Positions 61,859 through 64,000 of a stretch of DNA of 64,000 nucleotides are shown here, piece by piece. The position numbers and the translations under genes were made by a program. The stretch is taken from positions 107,532,433 through 107,596,432 of the forward strand of contig JARFYF010000063.1 of the NCBI GenBank assembly GCA_030265395.1, in the 5' to 3' direction. Below the pieces are notes generated by a model. The model saw nothing but the letters and a program-made list of their open reading frames with translations, ran no database searches and was not told where the DNA came from. Within the stretch, counting starts at the first letter, position 1; the number at the start of each line of letters is the position of its first letter. The DNA is from Rhina ancylostomus. Taxonomy: Eukaryota.

Positions 61859-63517
61859 TTTTTTTCAGATTTGAAAAAAATAACCATATAATGGTATAAT
61901 ATCCAAGTTCCTATTATGTCTATATTGTTTGTCCAATTCATACCATAACTTCATCTGAATCATGTGCTTCAAGCAGCCAAGACTAACCAGAATTAAATAT
62001 GCAAACATATGTAAAGCTTTACTCCCCTGGCTTTGGTGTGAATTACCCTCTCATTAGTCCCATTTAAACTTTAGCATATGAGCAGCTCTGTCCCTTGAAT
62101 TAATCCTTTGATCCTTTCTTATCAGTTTTGTAACATTTCTACTTCCCAGCTCAGCCAATTCTACCTCTTTAAAACATAGCTCTCTTTCTCTGATTTCATT
62201 AATTCCAGAAATGAATGGATGATTTGTNNNTTTTTCAAAAAGGCCTTAAAAATTGCTTTAATTTTCAACCAATAAAAAGTCGATTTTGCACAAATGCACT
62301 TGAACAGCTTGCCCCCCCCCCGACAACCTTTATCATTCCCAGAGCTACCTATTGCTCGCCTACCTTGGATGGGTGCCTTTTGTCAGTTCTCAGCTGGGCC
62401 AGCCAGATGAAGCATTAAACGGAGATCGAGGACGTGGCATTTAATGAGGTGATGGGGGTGGGGAGGGAAAATCTGACACAGATCAGCTAGAATTGTGCTT
62501 CTTGCCAGCAAATGGTAACACTGCAGTGACATTTTGAGGTCCGGAGCTCACGTCTCCCTACCCTGCCGCTACCATTGCTACCTAAAGCACAGTAAGATGA
62601 CTGACACTGCACCGTTATATGGAAACTAACTGAAAGTATAAAAATAACAAAAAAGTCTTTCATTTACAACTCAAAATACCAGCTGTTTAACTATCACACT
62701 TTCTCAGAATTATTTTGTTCTTTGCATATTAAAAGACACTGATGTTGCAGATACTTCGTGGGTAGTTTATTAAAGGAATCAAAACAACTTGCCCAGTGCC
62801 CAAATCCTAAGACCCTCAACTGACACTCCCTCAGATTCAATCCCCAAGTCTTTTCACATAAGATGTCATTTAGTTTTAGAACTCAAGGTAATAACATCTC
62901 TTTTGTTTTCGAATATAGATAAACTATAAGGATCCAATTTCAGTTTTAGATGCAAGTCAGTGCAAAGGTATCACCAGTGTTCTTGTACAATAATTGTTGG
63001 TCTTGTGTTTTATACATAAATGTACATAAATAATAGACCAAATCTGGAAATTGCTCTTTGAGATGGTCCTTCAAAAGCAGTGTGAAAATAACCTCATGCT
63101 ATCTGATTCACTGTCCCTACATAGGACCTGGACCTTCTGGTCAGTGAGAAATTAACAGCTGTTATCACTAACTTTGAAGATAACTGCTCATGATCTAATG
63201 ATCTTTGTGGGGCATAGACTTTCCCTTCTCAACACTGGTTGTCATCAGGTTCTAGTTCTGAAGAATCCATGACATGCAGCAACATCAAGCTAACTGAGCA
63301 CCCAGTCACATTACCACAAATTAAAAGGCACATAAATCAGACCACATGATGCAGTTTATTTAAGCTCAATGGGATTGAAAGTACACTTTGAATGGAGTGA
63401 AATATGATGACGATTGTATCACCTCACTCTGGAATTTCCCAGAGGGAGTTGTAGCTGCACATTTGAGGCAAGTTCAGTGTCGGTTCCAGGCCAAGCAGAG
63501 TCACTCAACACACAGGT

Positions 63518-63655
63518 CAAGAGAAACAGAGTTAAAATTTCAGATACGAGACACTTTTTCAGAACTGTTTGTCTTTCTCCAGATGCTGCCTGAACTGCCA
63601 AGTATTTGAGTACTTCTTGTTTTTACTTTAGATTTCCAGCTCCTGTAGTTTTATT
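63518..63655. mobile_element. Penelope-like terminal-repeat remnant (internally deleted inverted pair)
   Basis: gagaaacagagttaaaatttcag...ttcagaactg followed by ctccagatgctgcctgaactgccaagtattt...tttagatttccagc. Confidence 0.55.
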
Positions 63656-64000
63656 TCCATTCACTATTCCATTGGTTTCCATTCACTATTCTTTTGGACC
63701 ATAGTCACCCTGCCCTAGAAGTGACCATTGCTGCTTGCCTCAAGAACAACTGTGTTTGCAGTGCAATTAGGGAGTCTCATACCCTCCTTTTATCCTTTGA
63801 GTTCCGATCAAAGAGAGAAGATCATGCAACTACCCACAATCTGAATGGCCCCAATCCCCCAAGTGCCAAAGGCTCCAAGGTTATTCAACTACCAAGGCCC
63901 TAAATCTCCTCTCCATCTCAAGCCCTAATCAGATGGCCAACAGCTCTTCCGTGGTCCCCACTTTTTCTTTTGCTCAGTCCACAAATGGGGCCTCAGCCCC

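Overview
AT-rich vertebrate genomic DNA from a gapped draft assembly with about 15 N-runs, many exactly 10 or 100 N. The repeat content points to a cartilaginous fish, probably a ray or sawfish: HE1-type V-SINEs, SacSINE1-like Deu-SINEs, CR1, Rex1/Babar, L2 and RTE LINE remnants, and Penelope-like pieces. These family calls come from recalled motifs, not from a search. Almost all ORFs in the track are spurious or decayed retroelement fragments, and there is no prokaryotic-type system. The window looks like the 5' end and large first intron(s) of an unidentified + strand gene. It has a CpG-rich island at about 8.7-11.6 kb with a candidate first exon ending at 9228, and a phase-compatible candidate exon at 56868-57010. 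The most unexpected feature is a GC-rich island of about 2.2 kb (25055-27300) carrying one intact, correctly spliced exon of AMDHD2 (GlcNAc-6-phosphate deacetylase) on the - strand, with no other AMDHD2 exon visible. It is either a captured or duplicated gene fragment or a scaffolding error. Other structure includes decayed Penelope-type minimal hammerhead ribozyme motifs (some in palindromic pairs), a hairpin element of about 165 bp, a 20-bp subrepeat array that flips orientation, an inverted triplication, and a strong CTCF motif.
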